A stretch of 64,000 nucleotides of DNA, taken from the NCBI GenBank assembly GCA_964291395.2, contig OZ219856.1, positions 1,056,001 to 1,120,000 on the forward strand, in the 5' to 3' direction. This DNA is from Alphaproteobacteria bacterium (GTDB taxonomy: Bacteria; Pseudomonadota; Alphaproteobacteria; UBA2966). How positions within the stretch are numbered: position 1 is the first letter of the stretch; each line of letters opens with the position of its first letter. A program made the translations under genes and the position numbers. Below the pieces are notes generated by a model, which saw nothing but the letters and a program-made list of their open reading frames with translations, searched no databases and had not been told where the DNA came from. Of this stretch, positions 9,432-19,593 are shown in pieces.

Positions 9432-10997
9432 CTAAGCTGACGCCGAGTCGAGCAGGCTGGCCGCAAGTTCCGCGCGAACGGTCTTGCCGCTCGCGTTCCG
9501 CGGGATCGTCGCTACCAGCTCGAGTCGGCGGGGTTTCTTGTAATCTGCCAATTCCCGCGCGCAGTGGGACTGAAGGTCCGCCAGATCGGGGTGTTCTCCG
9601 TGGCGTGGGATGACGCACGCCGTGACGATCTGGCCCCACTTGGCATCGGGCAAGCCCACGACGGCGCAATCGAATACGGCGGGATGGCACATCAACACCT
9701 GCTCGATCTCTGCGGGGTGGATGTTGACGCCCCCGCTGATGATGATCTCCTTCAGCCGGCCGACGAGGTAGAGGTATCCGTCCTCGTCGAGATAACCGAG
9801 GTCGCCGGTGTGGAACCATCCGTCCGTGAACGCGGCCGCGGTGGCTTCGGAGTCGTTCAGGTACTCGCGCATGACCGAGGGGTTGAGACACCGGATTTCG
9901 CCGACCTCGCCGGTCGGCAGCGCCGCGCCATCCTCTCCTGCGATCCGGATCTCGACCCCGGCGAACGGCGTTCCGACGGACGCCGGCTTGCGCCGTTGAT
10001 CCGCGGGCTCCAGGACCGTCATGCTGTTCGATTCCGTGGAGCCGTAGTAGTCGAACAGCCGGGGCGTCATGCGCTTCAGCACCTTTTCCTTGATCGCCGG
10101 TTGAAGAGGTGATCCGCAGGTCACAAGGCGGGACAGGCTCTCCAGGTTTCGGGGGGCGGAACCGCGTTCCAGTTCATCGAGCACCATGACCAGCACGGTG
10201 GGCACGACGAGGCTCGACGTCACCCGTTCGCTGGTGACGAGCGCCAGGTACTCGGCGGGATCGAAGTCGCGCTGGATGTGCACGCGTCCCCCGGTGTGCA
10301 GATGCATCAGCGTGAACGTGAGACCCGCCGAATGCACCTGGGGCATGACACCGAGATAGGTGTCTTCGGTGCCGAGGCCGTAAACGTCGATCGCCTTGTG
10401 GATCCAGACCATGCGGGCACGGTGGGTGGAGAGCGCGCCCTTGGGTTGGCCGGTCGTGCCCGAGGTGAACATCAGGCTGAAGTCGTCGTCCGGCGAAACG
10501 TCGGGGAGTGCGCCGGGCAACGACTCGCACAGTCGATCGAATGTCGCGTCGCCGGCGCCTCCGTCTGGATCGATGGAAACGATTTCCGGGAGGTCGATTT
10601 TCGCACGGGCGACCGCACGCTCGATCGTGTCCGTCCGGTCGACGGTGGTAACGAGGGTGCGGGGGCGGGCGAGGGCCAGAAGGCCCGCGATTTCACCTTC
10701 CTTCAGGCGCGGGTTGATGGGCGAGAAAATCCCGCCTGCCCGCGCGACCGCCAGGACGATGACCACGTAGGCAATGCAGTTGGGGAGGTAGGCGGAGACG
10801 ACGTCCCCCTTGCGCACGCCGAGATTTATAAAGCCCGCGGCAAGGCCGCTGGCTCGGCGATCGAGGTCGCCGAAGGTCAATGAGGCGTTTCCGTCGGTCA
10901 GGGCAACCTTGCCGGGCGCGGCGCGGGCGACCGCCGTGCCGATCCGGCCGACACGGAGGTCTTCGTTTCCTCGAGACCGTTCAGCCCCGGTCGCCAT
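9432..10997 (-). CDS. AMP-binding acyl-CoA ligase
   Basis: FTSGTTGQPKG, YYGSTE, FHTGDLG, PRNASGK. Confidence 0.92.
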   Translation of the reverse strand: MATGAERSRGNEDLRVGRIGTAVARAAPGKVALTDGNASLTFGDLDRRASGLAAGFINLGVRKGDVVSAYLPNCIAYVVIVLAVARAGGIFSPINPRLKEGEIAGLLALARPRTLVTTVDRTDTIERAVARAKIDLPEIVSIDPDGGAGDATFDRLCESLPGALPDVSPDDDFSLMFTSGTTGQPKGALSTHRARMVWIHKAIDVYGLGTEDTYLGVMPQVHSAGLTFTLMHLHTGGRVHIQRDFDPAEYLALVTSERVTSSLVVPTVLVMVLDELERGSAPRNLESLSRLVTCGSPLQPAIKEKVLKRMTPRLFDYYGSTESNSMTVLEPADQRRKPASVGTPFAGVEIRIAGEDGAALPTGEVGEIRCLNPSVMREYLNDSEATAAAFTDGWFHTGDLGYLDEDGYLYLVGRLKEIIISGGVNIHPAEIEQVLMCHPAVFDCAVVGLPDAKWGQIVTACVIPRHGEHPDLADLQSHCARELADYKKPRRLELVATIPRNASGKTVRAELAASLLDSASA

Positions 10998-11706
10998 GAT
11001 CCGCAATGAGGGACTTGAGCTGTTCCAGAGCGGCGGACAAGGGTATTTCGGCGGGACAGACGCTTTCGGCGCGGACGATCGCGTCCCCGCCCAAGCTGTG
11101 CACTTCCGCGGCGATTTCCTTCAGGCGCGCCGCCCCGGCGCCGTCCCGTTCGTCGAGCGCGAGCATGAGCAGACGATTGAGGGCGGCCGGTCCGACACCG
11201 TCGTCGCCCTTCGCCTCATCGGCAATGGCGGAGACGCAGGCGCCGCAGGTGATGCAGCCGTTCTGCGCCTCGATCGTGGTGCGTTCGTTGGAGGCGGGCG
11301 GTATGACCGGCAGATCCCGGCGATCGGGCTCCCGCGGACGAAGGGCGGCTTCGGCGCGGGCCAGGCCATCGAAAAAGGGCCGCATGTCGGCGATCAGGTC
11401 GTGTCGCGTCGGCAGGCCCCTCAACGGTTCGATACGCAGAGTTCCACCGTCGGTTTCGCCGAGAGAGGTCTGGCACGCCAGGGCTTCCCGGCCGTTGATC
11501 ACGACGGCGCAGGCTCCGCACATACCGACACGGCAGGCGTAACGGAACCCGAGGGTGGGGTCCTCGTTCTCGCGCGCCCAGTTCAAGGCGTCGAGAACGC
11601 GTGCGTGCGCGGATCGCACTGGCACTTCGAAATGGCTCCGGTCCGCCGGATTCGTCCGGGCGACCTCGAGGGTGACGGTGGCGTTCGATCCGGCGATGTC
11701 GGTCAT
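10981..11706 (-). CDS. SdhB/FrdB-like iron-sulfur protein with a reduced cysteine set
   Basis: N-terminal [2Fe-2S] motif CRVGMCGAC...LAC; C-terminal CITCGAC and ESVCP. Confidence 0.85.
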   Translation of the reverse strand: MTDIAGSNATVTLEVARTNPADRSHFEVPVRSAHARVLDALNWARENEDPTLGFRYACRVGMCGACAVVINGREALACQTSLGETDGGTLRIEPLRGLPTRHDLIADMRPFFDGLARAEAALRPREPDRRDLPVIPPASNERTTIEAQNGCITCGACVSAIADEAKGDDGVGPAALNRLLMLALDERDGAGAARLKEIAAEVHSLGGDAIVRAESVCPAEIPLSAALEQLKSLIADHGDRG

Positions 11707-13484
11707 GCGGGGATGAGGGTCTCGCCCCGCAGGGCCTCGGGCGTACGGCGGGTGAAGTCGACGGGGCGGGGTTCGGTATTCGGTTTTCCGTCAGCGGTGC
11801 GCCGCTGGACGAAGTTGACGAGGAAGCGGTCGTCGGAGTCGGGAACGTCCTCGCGGAAGTGGCTGCCCCGGCTCTCTTCCCGGGCGCTCGCCGCCGTGCC
11901 GATGAGACGCGCCACGTCGATCAGGTTCTCCGCGTCCAGGCGTTCCTGCAGGTCGGGATTTGCGCCGCGCCTCGCCGGCATGGCCAAGGCGCCGAGTTCA
12001 CCTTCGATGGCGTCCAGTTCATCGGCTGCCCGTGCCAAACCGTCTGCATCACGGAGAATGCCCAGGTAGTCCCAGGCCAGGGCGCGCAGCCGGTTCTTCA
12101 GTTTGAAGGGCTGTCCCGTGATCTCGCCGGACCCGTCCAGACGGACACGGGCCGGGCCGAGCCGGTCCTTGTCGAAGGGCGCACGCGTCCCTTCTCTCGC
12201 GTGACGGGCGATCGACTCACCGGCGATGGCCCCGAACACCATCGATTCAGCCACTCCATTGCCGCCGAGGCGGTTGGCGCCGTGGACGCCGCCGGCGTCC
12301 TCGCCCGCGGCGAACAACCCGTCCACGGTTGTGCGGCAGTCGGTGTCGATAAGGATGCCGCCCATTTGGAAGTGCGCCGTGGGGGTCACCTCGATCAGGT
12401 CCGTTGCCATGTCGGTGCCGACCGTCAGGCAGCGGGCATACATGCCTGGCGAGGACTTGAGCAGGAACTCCTTGCCGAGATGCCGGACGTCGAGATAGAT
12501 GCCTTCGCTGGCCGTACCGCGACCGGCGCGAATCTCCATCATGCCGCTCCGCGAGACGCGGTCGCGGGTCGAGCGTTCCATCTTCTCGGGATCGTAGCGC
12601 TCCATGTAGCGCTCGTGATTGGCGTTGAGCAGGTGGCCGCCGGCGCCCCGCAGCCCTTCCTCGAGGACCGTCCCGTTCAGCAGCGAACCATCCACGATGA
12701 GTCCCGTGGGATGGAATTGCATCATCTCCATGTCGACGAATTCGGCGCCGGCCCGGTACGCCATCGCCAGCCCGTCTCCCGACTTCTCGAGCGAAGCCGC
12801 GGTGATGCGGTAGAGAGGGGCGGCCCCGCCCGTCGCCAGGAGGACGGCGGTGGCGTGGGCGGTGATGAGCTCGCCGCTGTGATGGTCGAGCAACAGCGCG
12901 CCGGCCACCGTTCGACCCGAGGCATCCAGCAGCAGGTCGATTCCGCGAACCTCGTTGAGCAGCTCGATGTCGCGAACGAGGACCTGTTCCGAAAGGCGGC
13001 TGATGATCTCGATTCCGGTGAGGTCGCCGCAGTGGATGGTGCGGTTGAACGATTGGCCGGCAAGCGCTCGCTGGTGAATGGTGCCGTCGGCGTTGCGGTC
13101 GAAGGTGCATCCGAAGGAGTTCTCCATCTCGAAAACGCGCTCGGGTGCCTGCGTGACCAGGGTCCAGGCAAGCTCCTGATTGTTGATCAGGTTGCCGCCC
13201 CGGATGGTGTCGTCGTAGTGCTTGTCGACCGAATCGTCTTCGTGCAGGACGACGTTGTAGCCGCCCTGAACCATGCGCGTGCAGCCGCTCTTGCCGAACA
13301 GGCCCTTGCTGGCCAAAACGATATCGAGGTCGGGCGCGGAGTCGCTCGCGTGAATCGCCGCGAACAGGGCGGCGCCGCCGCCGCCGATGATCAGGACGTC
13401 ACAGGTCAGGGATTGCACGTGGGTCGCTCGGCGATAAGGGGCGTCTGGATCGAGACTGACGGCACGCCGGGAGTCATAGACCAT
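11703..13484 (-). CDS. SdhA/FrdA/TfrA-like FAD-dependent oxidoreductase flavoprotein
   Basis: IGGGGA, KSGCTRMVQGG, QFHPTG, TRDRVSR, HFQMGG, HGANRLGGN, REESRGSHFR. Confidence 0.9.
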   Translation of the reverse strand: MVYDSRRAVSLDPDAPYRRATHVQSLTCDVLIIGGGGAALFAAIHASDSAPDLDIVLASKGLFGKSGCTRMVQGGYNVVLHEDDSVDKHYDDTIRGGNLINNQELAWTLVTQAPERVFEMENSFGCTFDRNADGTIHQRALAGQSFNRTIHCGDLTGIEIISRLSEQVLVRDIELLNEVRGIDLLLDASGRTVAGALLLDHHSGELITAHATAVLLATGGAAPLYRITAASLEKSGDGLAMAYRAGAEFVDMEMMQFHPTGLIVDGSLLNGTVLEEGLRGAGGHLLNANHERYMERYDPEKMERSTRDRVSRSGMMEIRAGRGTASEGIYLDVRHLGKEFLLKSSPGMYARCLTVGTDMATDLIEVTPTAHFQMGGILIDTDCRTTVDGLFAAGEDAGGVHGANRLGGNGVAESMVFGAIAGESIARHAREGTRAPFDKDRLGPARVRLDGSGEITGQPFKLKNRLRALAWDYLGILRDADGLARAADELDAIEGELGALAMPARRGANPDLQERLDAENLIDVARLIGTAASAREESRGSHFREDVPDSDDRFLVNFVQRRTADGKPNTEPRPVDFTRRTPEALRGETLIPA

Positions 13485-14850
13485 CGGCGAGGTCTGACAA
13501 GGCGCGGTCGACCCCTTCCACGATGTAATCGACGTCGTCGCTGGTCGTGATGAGGGGGGGCAGGATCGGGATCACGCCGTCCGCGGCTCGCGTCAATAAG
13601 CCGTGGCTATCGAGGAGAGCCGTGATCTTGTCGCTGACGCCCATGGCTGCCGGAAACCGCTCCCGCGTCTCCCGGTCCTTCACCAGTTCGACCGCGGCGA
13701 ACAGTCCCTTGCCGCCCCGGATGTCGCCGACGAAAGGATGGCGATAGAGCACCTGAAGGCGTTCGAACAGATACTGCCCCATCTTCGCCGAGTTCTCGAC
13801 CAGGTTCTCTTCCTCGATGATCTTGAGGTTGGCGAGCGCCGCGGCGCAGGCGATCGGGTGACCGCCATAGGTATAGAGATGGCGGAACTTCTCGTCCTCG
13901 CCGCCCAGGAACGTATCGGCGACCTCCTTGCGCGCAATCGCGCCGGCGGCGGGGAGATAGCCGCTGCTCAACTGCTTGGCCATGGTCGTGATGTCGGGCT
14001 GTACGTCCCAGTGCATGCTGGCGAACCACTTGCCCGTTCGCCCGTATCCGGTGACCACCTCGTCCATGATCATCAATACGCCGAAGCGATCGCAGATCTC
14101 GCGGATGGTGGGCCAATAGTCGTCGTGAGGAATGTAGACGCCGCCGGTGATCGACATGGGCTCGCCGATGAAGGCGGCTACCGTCTCGGGTCCCTCGTCC
14201 TCGATGACGCGTTCGACGTCGCGCGCGCATTCGAGCGTGCACGAGCCGTTCTCCGCGCAGAGCGAACAGCGGTACTCGTTGGGCTGGGTCACGTGAAAGT
14301 TGCCGGGTTGCAGCGGACCGTAGTCCTCGGGCGCCGCGATACCGCCGCCGCCCGCGGCCATCGTCGCGTGAGTGCCGCCATGGTACGAGCCGGCTCGGCT
14401 GACGACCTTGTAACGGCCGGCGTCGCCCCGGATCTTGTGGTACTTCTTGGCGATCTTGAGAGCGACTTCGTTCGACTCGGCGCCGCCGTTGGTCAGAAAC
14501 ACCCGAGAGCCCTTGTCGGGCGCGAGGCTGGCGATTTTGGCCGAGACTCGGATGGTATTGGGATTCGTGCCTGCCCAGGGGTTCGACGTGATTCCCTGCA
14601 TGGCCTCGTGGACGGCGTCCGCGATCTCCTTGCGGCCATAGCCAACCGCCTGCAGCCACATCCCGGACATCATGTCGAAGACTCTTCGGCCTTCGATGTC
14701 GGTGAGCCAGCAACCCTCGCCGCTTTCGTAGATCTTCAGCGTCTCCGGCGTCTGGGCGAAGTCGTTCATCTGGTGGAACGGGAGCCACAGATGATCGATC
14801 GCCATCCGGCGCAGGTCTTCATGCGACTGTTCGTTTTCGCGTCCGGTCAT
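13474..14850 (-). CDS. Class III PLP-dependent aminotransferase
   Basis: SYHGGT, FIGEPM, DEVVTGYGRTG, DITTMAKQLSSGY. Confidence 0.92.
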   Translation of the reverse strand: MTGRENEQSHEDLRRMAIDHLWLPFHQMNDFAQTPETLKIYESGEGCWLTDIEGRRVFDMMSGMWLQAVGYGRKEIADAVHEAMQGITSNPWAGTNPNTIRVSAKIASLAPDKGSRVFLTNGGAESNEVALKIAKKYHKIRGDAGRYKVVSRAGSYHGGTHATMAAGGGGIAAPEDYGPLQPGNFHVTQPNEYRCSLCAENGSCTLECARDVERVIEDEGPETVAAFIGEPMSITGGVYIPHDDYWPTIREICDRFGVLMIMDEVVTGYGRTGKWFASMHWDVQPDITTMAKQLSSGYLPAAGAIARKEVADTFLGGEDEKFRHLYTYGGHPIACAAALANLKIIEEENLVENSAKMGQYLFERLQVLYRHPFVGDIRGGKGLFAAVELVKDRETRERFPAAMGVSDKITALLDSHGLLTRAADGVIPILPPLITTSDDVDYIVEGVDRALSDLADGL

Positions 14851-14969
14851 GTCGTTGGCTCCCTGAGGAAATACGTTGAGCGCGCGGCTCCGGCAAACAT
14901 ACCAGATACCCCTCCGGTCTTTCCCCCGCGCTCGCCACCGATGGTGCCGGGAGGGGGAGTAACGATTCG

Positions 14970-16352
14970 TCAGGAGGCGAGCACGGCGTCGGCACGTTCG
15001 CGCGCGGCGGACGCGCGCTGCGGGTCGCCCAGAGCCTCCAGCGTTTCGGCGTACTTGAGCCAATTCCCGCGACTGTTGGGTTTCTCGGCGATCCGTTCGG
15101 CCAGCAGCGTCCGCGCGAGGCCAAGGCGCCTGCTCCGGATCGCCGATTCGATCAGCACCTGGGCGAAGATGTCGCGTTGCGCGTGGCTGCCGCCGACGTG
15201 GGCGAGGTCGTAGCGCAAGGGCAGCAGGCCATCGACCACGGCGTCATGGTTATCCTTGGCGAAGTCGAGCAGGGCCTGACAGATCGGGATCGTCGTCGAC
15301 TCCATGGTCGCGGCGGCGAAGTTGTCGGGCGTCTTGGCAAAAGCATGCAGCGACGCCAACAGCTTCTCGGCGGCGTCGTAGCGCTTGTCGCCCGCCAGCG
15401 CCATCATCGTGTGGGTGTCGGTGAAGGCGAGGACATGATCGTCCACGTGCGCCTCCATGGCATCCGCCAAGGGCTTCCAGCGGTCGCCCACGTCGACGCC
15501 GAGGAGGTCGAGGCGCAGCAGCATGGAGGCGCCGTTCTGGACGTCGAGATAGAAGTCCCATGCCTCGGGTTTGACGGAGCGGTCGAACAGCGTGAGCACG
15601 TCGTCGTAGTCGCCTGCCTCGACCGAATACATGGTCAGGTGCCACCAGAGATGGCCTTTGAAGGGATTGCGGTCCTCCCAGGCGTCCGCCGGGTAATCCA
15701 GCCACTGCATCCCCTCGCGCAGGCGGCCCTGCATCTCGAGGACGTGGGCGACCGCGTGGATCGCCCAGAGGTCGTCCGGGTTGGCCTCGACGGCCCGGCG
15801 CCCGAATTCCTCGGCCCGCGCGTACTCGCCGCATTCCTCCAGGCCGAAGGCGTACATGCCCTGGACGCTGCCGTAGCCGGGCACGGAGTCGTCCCACTGG
15901 TCGATGACCCGGGCGACGCCGTCGCGGAGGTCCTGCGCGCGGCCCATCCAGAAGGAATTGTAATGCTGCAAGCGCAGCGCCAGCAGGTCATGGGGATGTT
16001 CCCGGAGGATGCCGTCCCAGACGGCGCAGGCCGACGTCAGGTCGCCGCGGGACCAGGCCCTGAGCGCGTCCACGTGGGCGGCTTCCCGGCTCGTGACCTT
16101 GCCGACGCCCGCTTCGGCGGCAGCGAGGCTTTCCTCGATCTTCGGCTCCACCGCGGTCGTTCCGAACAGATTGAACAGGTAGCCCTTGAAGCACTGCCCC
16201 ATGACGAAGTCGGGATCCGCTCCGAGCATCCGCTTGATGGCGTCTCCGACCCCCGCCCGGTAGTCCAGGTACTGCGCCATCGTCTCCTTGAAGCCCTCCA
16301 CGGCGTCGGCGCTGTCGGTGGTCAGGGTGAGGCCGCGTTCGTCGCTGTACAT
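14970..16352 (-). CDS. TTC38-like tetratricopeptide repeat protein
   Basis: GMYAFGLEE, DLWAIHAVAHVLEMQG, HLWWHL, GGSHAQRDIF motifs of the TPR protein 38 family. Confidence 0.85.
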   Translation of the reverse strand: MYSDERGLTLTTDSADAVEGFKETMAQYLDYRAGVGDAIKRMLGADPDFVMGQCFKGYLFNLFGTTAVEPKIEESLAAAEAGVGKVTSREAAHVDALRAWSRGDLTSACAVWDGILREHPHDLLALRLQHYNSFWMGRAQDLRDGVARVIDQWDDSVPGYGSVQGMYAFGLEECGEYARAEEFGRRAVEANPDDLWAIHAVAHVLEMQGRLREGMQWLDYPADAWEDRNPFKGHLWWHLTMYSVEAGDYDDVLTLFDRSVKPEAWDFYLDVQNGASMLLRLDLLGVDVGDRWKPLADAMEAHVDDHVLAFTDTHTMMALAGDKRYDAAEKLLASLHAFAKTPDNFAAATMESTTIPICQALLDFAKDNHDAVVDGLLPLRYDLAHVGGSHAQRDIFAQVLIESAIRSRRLGLARTLLAERIAEKPNSRGNWLKYAETLEALGDPQRASAARERADAVLAS

Positions 16353-16463
16353 GGTCGTTCCTCACGTGGGTCGAGACGGTCCGGGGGGCATGGTTTAGAC
16401 GGGAATCGCCGTGTCTTCAACGGCACCCCGGGGGCGCATTCGCGAGTTGGACGAAACCGGCCG

Positions 16464-16793
16464 CTATGAGTCGCCCCCACCCTCCAGGCGGACGTAGATC
16501 TTCCCGTTTTCGACCTTGGTGGCGTAGGTGTCGAGGGCGACGGAGACCGGTGCGCCTTTCGGCTTGCCGGTGGGAATGTGGAACCGCCCCTGATGGACCG
16601 GGCACTCGATGATGTCGTCGATCACGATCCCCTCGGAAAGGAAGGCGAAGGCATGGGTGCAGACGTTCTCTGTGGCATAGAACTCCCCCTTCACGTTGTA
16701 GACGGCCACGGCGGTGCCCTCGACGTTGACGCCGAGAACGTCCTCTTCCTCGATATCGTCGGTCGATGCGACCAGATGCCATTCTTCGGCCAT
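16464..16793 (-). CDS. Rieske [2Fe-2S] ferredoxin (MocE/NdoA-like)
   Basis: CTH...IECPVHQGRF Rieske motif, 109 aa. Confidence 0.93.
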   Translation of the reverse strand: MAEEWHLVASTDDIEEEDVLGVNVEGTAVAVYNVKGEFYATENVCTHAFAFLSEGIVIDDIIECPVHQGRFHIPTGKPKGAPVSVALDTYATKVENGKIYVRLEGGGDS

Positions 16794-16829
16794 GCCGCGA
16801 GCCTCCTGTCGTCTACGGGTGAATGCCGG

Positions 16830-17834
16830 TCAGATGGACTGGATGAGGCGGAACCGGAACCTTCGTTCCAAGTGGTCGCGCAGGACGTCCCGCTGGACCG
16901 CCCAATACCCCTTGTCGACGGGGTTCATCTCGTGACCCACCTCGGCGTGCAGCGCGGGCAGGGCGTGGAACGGAACCGACGGAGCCAGATGGTGCTCGCA
17001 ATGATAGGGCATGTTCCAGCAGAGGAACCGGGTCAGGGGGTCGGTCTTCACGGTGCGGGCGTAGGTCCGGAGATCGAGCTTCCCTTCCGTGCAGCCGGTA
17101 TGGTCGGCGACTCGGAGGGCCCGCGCCACGGGCACGCCGATGACCGTGGGGATGGCCCAGTAGATGGCGACGGCCCAGGTCTCGAGGCCGACGCTGACGA
17201 CGGCGAGGCCCACGTAAATCGCCAGCATGACGCGGGCCTCGAAGAAGATCTTCGGCAACTGGTCCTCGGGCACGAACTGGCGGTTGAACGGGCGAATCCG
17301 GCCCATGGAATGGCGCAGGATCCAGCCGATGTTCTTGATCCACAGTTGGGTGGCCGTGACGTAGTAGACATAGTCCATCCACGACGAGGGACTCGGCAGC
17401 ACGTATTGCGGGTCTTTGTCCATTTCCTGGGCATGGGTGTGATGGCCGGTATGGTCGTAGCGGAAATACGTGGGCGGCCACACGATCAGGATGCCCGTGA
17501 TCCAGTGCACGGTCTCGTTGAGCCAGCGGGTGCGGAAGGCGGTGCCGTGGCTGCACTCGTGCATCGGCGCGAACAGGTGCCCCAGCATGACGCCGTGCAG
17601 CAACATCGCCGGAATCAGCCAGCCGGTCCCCGTGGCCAGATACACCAGATATCCGGTCCCGAAGATGATCGACATGTGTCCGCCGAGATGGATCAGGCCG
17701 TGGCGGTCGGTGCGCTTGGTGAAGGGCTTGAGCCGTCCGCGCGAGATGATCTCCCGCTGCGCCGCCAAGAGCTTCGCATTGGCCTCGGGGCTGGTCAGCT
17801 TTTGGGTCGAGGGGTCGGCGGTTGCGGCTTCCAA
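16830..17834 (-). CDS. Membrane di-iron fatty-acid-desaturase-superfamily oxygenase (MocD-like)
   Basis: Three His boxes HECSH, HTGHH and HCEHH; NMPYH...PFHALP; adjacent Rieske ferredoxin. Confidence 0.85.
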   Translation of the reverse strand: MEAATADPSTQKLTSPEANAKLLAAQREIISRGRLKPFTKRTDRHGLIHLGGHMSIIFGTGYLVYLATGTGWLIPAMLLHGVMLGHLFAPMHECSHGTAFRTRWLNETVHWITGILIVWPPTYFRYDHTGHHTHAQEMDKDPQYVLPSPSSWMDYVYYVTATQLWIKNIGWILRHSMGRIRPFNRQFVPEDQLPKIFFEARVMLAIYVGLAVVSVGLETWAVAIYWAIPTVIGVPVARALRVADHTGCTEGKLDLRTYARTVKTDPLTRFLCWNMPYHCEHHLAPSVPFHALPALHAEVGHEMNPVDKGYWAVQRDVLRDHLERRFRFRLIQSI

Positions 17835-17998
17835 TGTGGTGTCCTTTCGCTAAACTCCCGGCGAATTTTTTTCACCGGAGCGGCGCTCGAACCTAGCAGC
17901 GGCGATCCACGTTCTCAAGCGATCCCAGGCGTATGGGGCGATTCGCATGGACGGGTTCGGGCGCCGTGACGACATGTCCCAGGGAGGCGATGAAACAG

Positions 17999-19552
17999 AT
18001 GTCAGCACCCAATTTCCTTTTCATTCAGGCCGATCAGATGGCGGCGCCGGTTCTGCCGGTCTATGGACACCCGCTGGTCAAGGCACCGCACCTCGAAAGT
18101 CTGGCGCGCGACGGAGTCACCTTCGAGAACGCCTATTGCAACAATCCGATTTGTGCGTCGTCCCGTTTCTCGATGATGGCGGGGCAGCTTCCCTCGCGGA
18201 TCGGTGCCTATGACAACGCGGCGGAGTTCCCGGCGACCGTGCCGACCTTTGCCCATTACCTGCGGGCGCTCGGTTACACCACGTGCCTGAGCGGCAAGAT
18301 GCACTTCGTCGGGCCGGATCAATTGCACGGCTTCGAGGAGCGGCTGACCACCGACATCTATCCGTCGGATTTCGGCTGGACGCCCGACTGGTCGAAAGGG
18401 GATAGGCAGTTGCCGCCATCGGGCATGAGCATGCGCAGTGTCGTCGAGGCCGGCCTCTGTCGGCGCAGCCTGCAGATCGATTACGACGAGGACGTCGGGT
18501 TCCAGGCGGTACAGAAGATCCACGACTACGCGCGCGACCCGGACCGCAAGCCGTTCTTCCTCGCGGCGTCGTTCACGCACCCGCACAACCCGTTCACGAT
18601 CACGCCGGAGTTCTGGGACCTCTACGACCACGACGACATCGACCTGCCCAAATATCCCGGCAAGCCCGTCGAGGAGCGCGATCCCTGGAGCCGGCGCTAT
18701 CACTACCTGATCCGTCAGGACGAACACGAGATCACCGACGAGCACCTGCGCAATGCGCGGCATGCCTACTACGGCATGGTGAGCTACGTCGACCACCACG
18801 TGGGCCGGCTGCTCGGCGCGTTGGAGGCCACGGGCCTCGCCGGCAACACGATCGTGGTATTCACCGCGGACCACGGCGAGATGATGGGCGAGCGAGGCAT
18901 GTGGTACAAGTTCAACCCCTTCGAATGGTCCGTCCGCGTGCCGTTGATCGTCCGTGCGCCGGGGAACGCCAAGGGGCGTCGCGAAGCGAAGTCGGTCTCG
19001 CTCGTCGACCTGCTGCCCACGTTGCTCGACCTCGCCACGGACGGCAGTCCACCCGACCTGGTGGAGCCCGTGGATGGGCACACGTGGTCCGGCATGCTCC
19101 ACGGCGAAGACGACTCGCGACCCGACGAGGCCATGGTCGAGTTCACCGCCGAGGGCGCCATCGCGCCGTGTCTGATCCTGCGCAAAGGTCCATACAAGTA
19201 CATCTATAGCGAGCCCGACCCCGGTATGATGTTCGATGTCGAGACCGATCCGGGCGAGCAGGAGAATCTTTGCGGCGATCCCGAGCACGAGGATCTGGCG
19301 GAGGAGATGCTGGCGGATATCCTCGGTCGCTGGGATCCGCAGAGCATCGAGGAAGACATTCTGGAGAGCCAGCGCCGGCGTCACTTCATCCAGAGCGTAC
19401 TGATGAGCGGCCGACCGGCCCCGTGGGACTACCAACCCATGCGTGATGCCTCGCGGCAATACCTGCGGACGGGCGGCAGCCCGACGATGGTCAAGGGATT
19501 GGCGCGCTTCCCCTATATGGAGCCGGTGCCTCCGGACTTCCCGCGGGCCTGA
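17999..19552 (+). CDS. betC: Choline-sulfatase
   Basis: PNFLFIQADQ, NPICASSRF, GKMHFVGPDQLHGFEERLTTDIYPSDFGWTPDW, WDYQP. Confidence 0.9.
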   Translation: MSAPNFLFIQADQMAAPVLPVYGHPLVKAPHLESLARDGVTFENAYCNNPICASSRFSMMAGQLPSRIGAYDNAAEFPATVPTFAHYLRALGYTTCLSGKMHFVGPDQLHGFEERLTTDIYPSDFGWTPDWSKGDRQLPPSGMSMRSVVEAGLCRRSLQIDYDEDVGFQAVQKIHDYARDPDRKPFFLAASFTHPHNPFTITPEFWDLYDHDDIDLPKYPGKPVEERDPWSRRYHYLIRQDEHEITDEHLRNARHAYYGMVSYVDHHVGRLLGALEATGLAGNTIVVFTADHGEMMGERGMWYKFNPFEWSVRVPLIVRAPGNAKGRREAKSVSLVDLLPTLLDLATDGSPPDLVEPVDGHTWSGMLHGEDDSRPDEAMVEFTAEGAIAPCLILRKGPYKYIYSEPDPGMMFDVETDPGEQENLCGDPEHEDLAEEMLADILGRWDPQSIEEDILESQRRRHFIQSVLMSGRPAPWDYQPMRDASRQYLRTGGSPTMVKGLARFPYMEPVPPDFPRA

Positions 19553-19593
19553 CCCGCGCCCTTTCTTTGTCGTTGTCCTTGTCGTACCGGATG

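Noticed and set aside
11703-13484. Calling this the respiratory sdhA or nadB
   Set aside because: It has no covalent-FAD His, no sdhCD or nadAC neighbours, and a catabolic context, so no gene symbol was assigned.
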